Assembly (NCBI RefSeq): GCF_030028105.1
Contig: NC_092371.1
Coordinates: 15,149,884 to 15,213,883 of the forward strand
Reading direction: 5' to 3'
Source: Mobula birostris
Lineage: Eukaryota
Length of the DNA: 64,000 bases
The notes beneath the pieces were generated by a model. The model made no database searches. It had not been told where the DNA came from and saw nothing but the letters and a program-made list of their open reading frames with translations. The position numbers and the translations under genes were made by a program. This document shows, one piece after another, positions 60,900 to 64,000 of this stretch (positions within the stretch are counted from its first letter, which is position 1; every line of letters begins with the position of its first letter).

Positions 60900-62034
60900 G
60901 TTTAAACAGAGTACCCCTGTGACATTCCCCTCAACAATAGGTATACAACTTTGGATACTTTTAGGGGGTGGTGGGAAAGACCTAGCAGAGGAAAGTCACA
61001 GCAGGCAGGTTTCTGGCACTGAGTCTGAGTCTGGCATTGTGGCTTATAAGGGAAAAGGGAAGGAGAGGCAGCTGTCGTGATAAGGGATTTGTTAATTAGG
61101 GGAAGAGAAAGGATGTTCTATGGATGAGAACAAGATTGCCAGATGGTAAGTTGCTTCCCAAGTGCCAGGGTCCAGGACATCTCAGATTGAATCCTTAGCA
61201 TTCTGAAGTGGGAGGGCGAGAAGCCAAAGTTTGTGGTCCATATAGTTATCAATGACATAGGTAGGAAGAGGTATGGACAAGGTTCTTTAATGCGAGTTCA
61301 GGGAATGAGGTGCTAAGCTAAAAGACAGAGCTTCCAGGGTCATGATCTCAGTATTGCTGACATGCATAGAAACATGCATAGACCTCATAGAAACATTCCG
61401 AATGGACAGAGTGGATGTGGCAAAGTGGTTTCCCATGATGGGGGAGTCTAGTACAAGAGGGCATGACTTAAGGATTTGAAGGGCGCCCATTTAGAACAGA
61501 AATGCAAAGAAATTTATTTAGTCAGAGGGTGGTGAATCTATGGAATTTGTTGCCACGGGCAGCAGTGGAGGCCAAGTCATTGGGTGTATTTAAGGCAGAG
61601 ACTGATAGGTATCTGAGTAGCCAGGACTTCAAAGGTTATGGTGAGAACGCGGGGGAGTGGGACTAAATGGGAGAATGGATCAGCTCATGATAAAATGGCG
61701 GAGCAGACTCGCTGGGCCGAATGGTCGACTTCTGCTCCTTTGTCTTATGGTCTTATGGCTAGTGAGGACAAAAATAGGAAGATCACACAGTTTAACACAT
61801 GGCTAAGGAGTTGGTGTAGCAGGAAGAGCTTTAGATTTTCAGTTCATTGGGGTCTAAACTGGAGGGAGAGCAAAACCCCAGCAGAAAGGTTTGCTAGTAC
61901 TGTCGGGGGGTGGGGGGGGGGTGGGAGTTAAATTAGAGTTGCAGGGGGATGAGAAGCAGAGTGGTGAACAGATAGTAGAGTAGTTGTTGAGACAGATGTA
62001 GTTAAGACCTCAAAGTCAGGAATCAAAAGGTTAA

Positions 62035-63089
62035 ATCACAAACAAGAGAAAATCTGCAGATGCTGGAAATCCAAGCAACACACACAAAATGCTGGAAGAA
62101 CTCCATGGACCAGGCAGCATCTATGGAAAAAAAAAGTCGACAGGACTGGAGGAAAAAAGCTGAGGAGTAATTTTGAAAGGTCAGGGGGAGGGGAGAGAGA
62201 AACACCAGGTGATAGCTGAAACTTGGAGGGGGAGGGATGAAACAAAGAGCTAGGAAGTTGATTGGTGAAAGAGACAGAAGGCCAAGGAAAAAAGAAAAAC
62301 AACTGGGGGGGGGGGGAATCCAGAGGAAGGCGATGGGTGGGCAAGGCGATAACATGAGAGTGGGAAAGGGATGGGAAGTGGTGAAGAGGCAGAGGACGCA
62401 TTACTGGAAGTTTGAGAAATCGATGCTCATGCAATCAGGTTGGAGGCTACCCAAACGAATATAAAGTGATGTTCTTCCAATCTAAGTGTTGCCTTCTCCC
62501 AACAATGGAGGAGGCCATGGATGGACATATCAAAAAGGGAATGGGAAATAGAATTAAAATAGGTCACCACCGGGAGATCCCGCTTGTTCTGGCGGACAGA
62601 GCGTAGATGCTCAGCAAAGCGATCTCCCAATCTATGTTGGGTCTCACCGATGTACAAGAGGCCTCACCAGGAGCACAAATCACATTACATGACCCCAACA
62701 GACTCACAGGTGAAGTGTCGCCTCACCTGGAAGGACGGTTTGGGGCTCTGAATGGTAGTGAGGGAGGAGGTGTAGCAGCAGGTGTAGCACTTGTTCCGCT
62801 TGCAAGGATAAGTGTTAGGAGGGAGATCAGTGGGAGGAACTAATGGACAAGGAAGTCGCATAGGGAGCGATCCCTGCAGAAAGTGGAGCGGGAGGGAAAA
62901 ACGTGTTTGGTGGTGGGATCCAGTTGGAGGAGGTGGAAGTTTCGGAGAATTATGTGCTGGATGCGGAAGCTGGTGGGGTGGTAGGTAATGACAAGAGGAA
63001 CCCTAGCCCTGGTAGCCTGGCGGAAGGATGAGGTACGAGCAGACATGCATGAAATGGAAGAGATGTGGTTGAGGGCAGCATTGCCCTCA
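62035..63089 (-). mobile_element. Penelope-like element, 5'-truncated (GIY-YIG, 3' UTR, tail), with a 14-bp TSD
   Basis: RVPLVITYHP, YIGETQHRLGDRFAEHLRSV, LRLEEHHFIF; TSD aatcaaaaggttaa at 62021-62034 and 63090-63103. Confidence 0.92.
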
Positions 63090-63233
63090 AATCAAAAGGT
63101 TAAGCATGGTGCAACTAGTGTCCTGAGCTGCGTATATTTCAATGCAATGAGTACTATAGGAAAGGCAGTTGAGCTCAGGGCATGGATCAACACATGGAGT
63201 TATAATATTATAGCTATTAGTGTTTGTCAAATA

Positions 63234-63961
63234 CATAGATTACCATTCTCTGAGCTTCTACAGGACCAATTTTATCCCTTGCAATCCTTTTTGCTCTTCA
63301 CCTTGTCTGCTACAGCAACAGTAACCCCATGCCTTCTGTTTGTCAAGTTTGTCAAATGTGCTCAGAAAAGTTTCCTTAATCAGTACATGATTAAGTCCCA
63401 ATGAGAGTGTGCAATACTTGATCCTATTAGGGAATGAGATAAGGCAGGTGACATAAGTTTGCGTGAAGGAACACTTTGCATCCGTGATCATAATACCATT
63501 ATTTTCTGGGTAACAAAAAAGAATAGGTTGGCCTTCAGGTTGAGATTCTAAATTGGAGTTAGGCCAGTTTTGATGGTATTAGAAAGGATCCAGCAAGTGT
63601 GGATTGGGACAGGCTGTTTTCTGGCAAAGGTGTACCTGCTAAGTGGGAGACCTTCAAAAGTGAAATTTTGAGAGTACAAAGCTTCTATGTGCCTGTCAGA
63701 ATAAAAGGCAAGGATAGGGAACCTTGGTTTGGGCGATATTGAGGCCCTGGTTAAGAAAAAAAAAGGAAGTGCAAAGCAGATATTGGCAAATAGGCACAAA
63801 TGAGGTACTTGACTATAAGAAATGCAAGAGAACACTTAAGAGATCAGGAGAGCTAAAAGAAGGCATGGGGTTACTGTTGCTGTAGCAGACAGGGTGAAGA
63901 GCAAAAAGGATTGCAAGGGATAAAATTGGTCCTGTAGAAGATTAGAGAATGGTAATCCATG
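63234..63961. repeat. 104-bp inverted repeat (63234-63337 / 63858-63961), 4 mismatches
   Basis: Direct base-by-base comparison of the two arms. Confidence 0.92.
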
Positions 63962-64000
63962 CATGGAGCCAAAACAGATGGGGGACATCTTAAATGGATT

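Larger units (their letters stand above)
57630..64000 (+). mobile_element. CR1 5' region, ORF1 and start of ORF2, hosting nested insertions (hAT with Tigger, CR1 tail 61365-61760, Penelope)
   Basis: ORF1 pieces resume across each insert (aagggtttaaac|gtttaaacagag; SEDKNRKITQFNTWLRSWC); EN start VLSCVYFNAMSTIGKAVELRAWINTW at 63110-63220. Confidence 0.8.

Noticed and set aside
1-64000. CRISPR arrays, rRNA or bona fide tRNA genes
   Set aside because: None seen; tRNA-like boxes occur only as SINE heads, and the tandem arrays have no unique spacers.

Overview
Cartilaginous-fish (elasmobranch, probably batoid) genomic DNA dominated by decayed transposable elements: CR1, Rex1/Babar, RTE, R4/Dong, Penelope-like, solo LTRs, hAT, Tigger, Tc1 and tRNA-derived SINEs. 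The only host gene I can support is one immunoglobulin light-chain cluster on the + strand (leader 20600-20648, V-J already fused in the genome 20769-21128, C 22410-22738; 245-aa uninterrupted ORF). It resembles the sigma-cart/type I/NS5 class. Its V domain has lost the canonical Cys23 (TGT>TAT) and the conserved Asp of the D-x-A-x-Y-Y-C motif, and it has strongly acidic CDR2/CDR3. The 3' flank of this gene is present twice in the window (3082-6768 versus 23701-25640 plus 35950-37703). The first ~210 bp of that duplication is about 98.5% identical against roughly 85-88% further on, and carries NF-kB, IRF-Ets and CRE-like motifs, so it is a candidate IgL 3' enhancer. TE boundaries are approximate unless a TSD or TIR is quoted. 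Family assignments rest on recalled protein motifs, not database searches.
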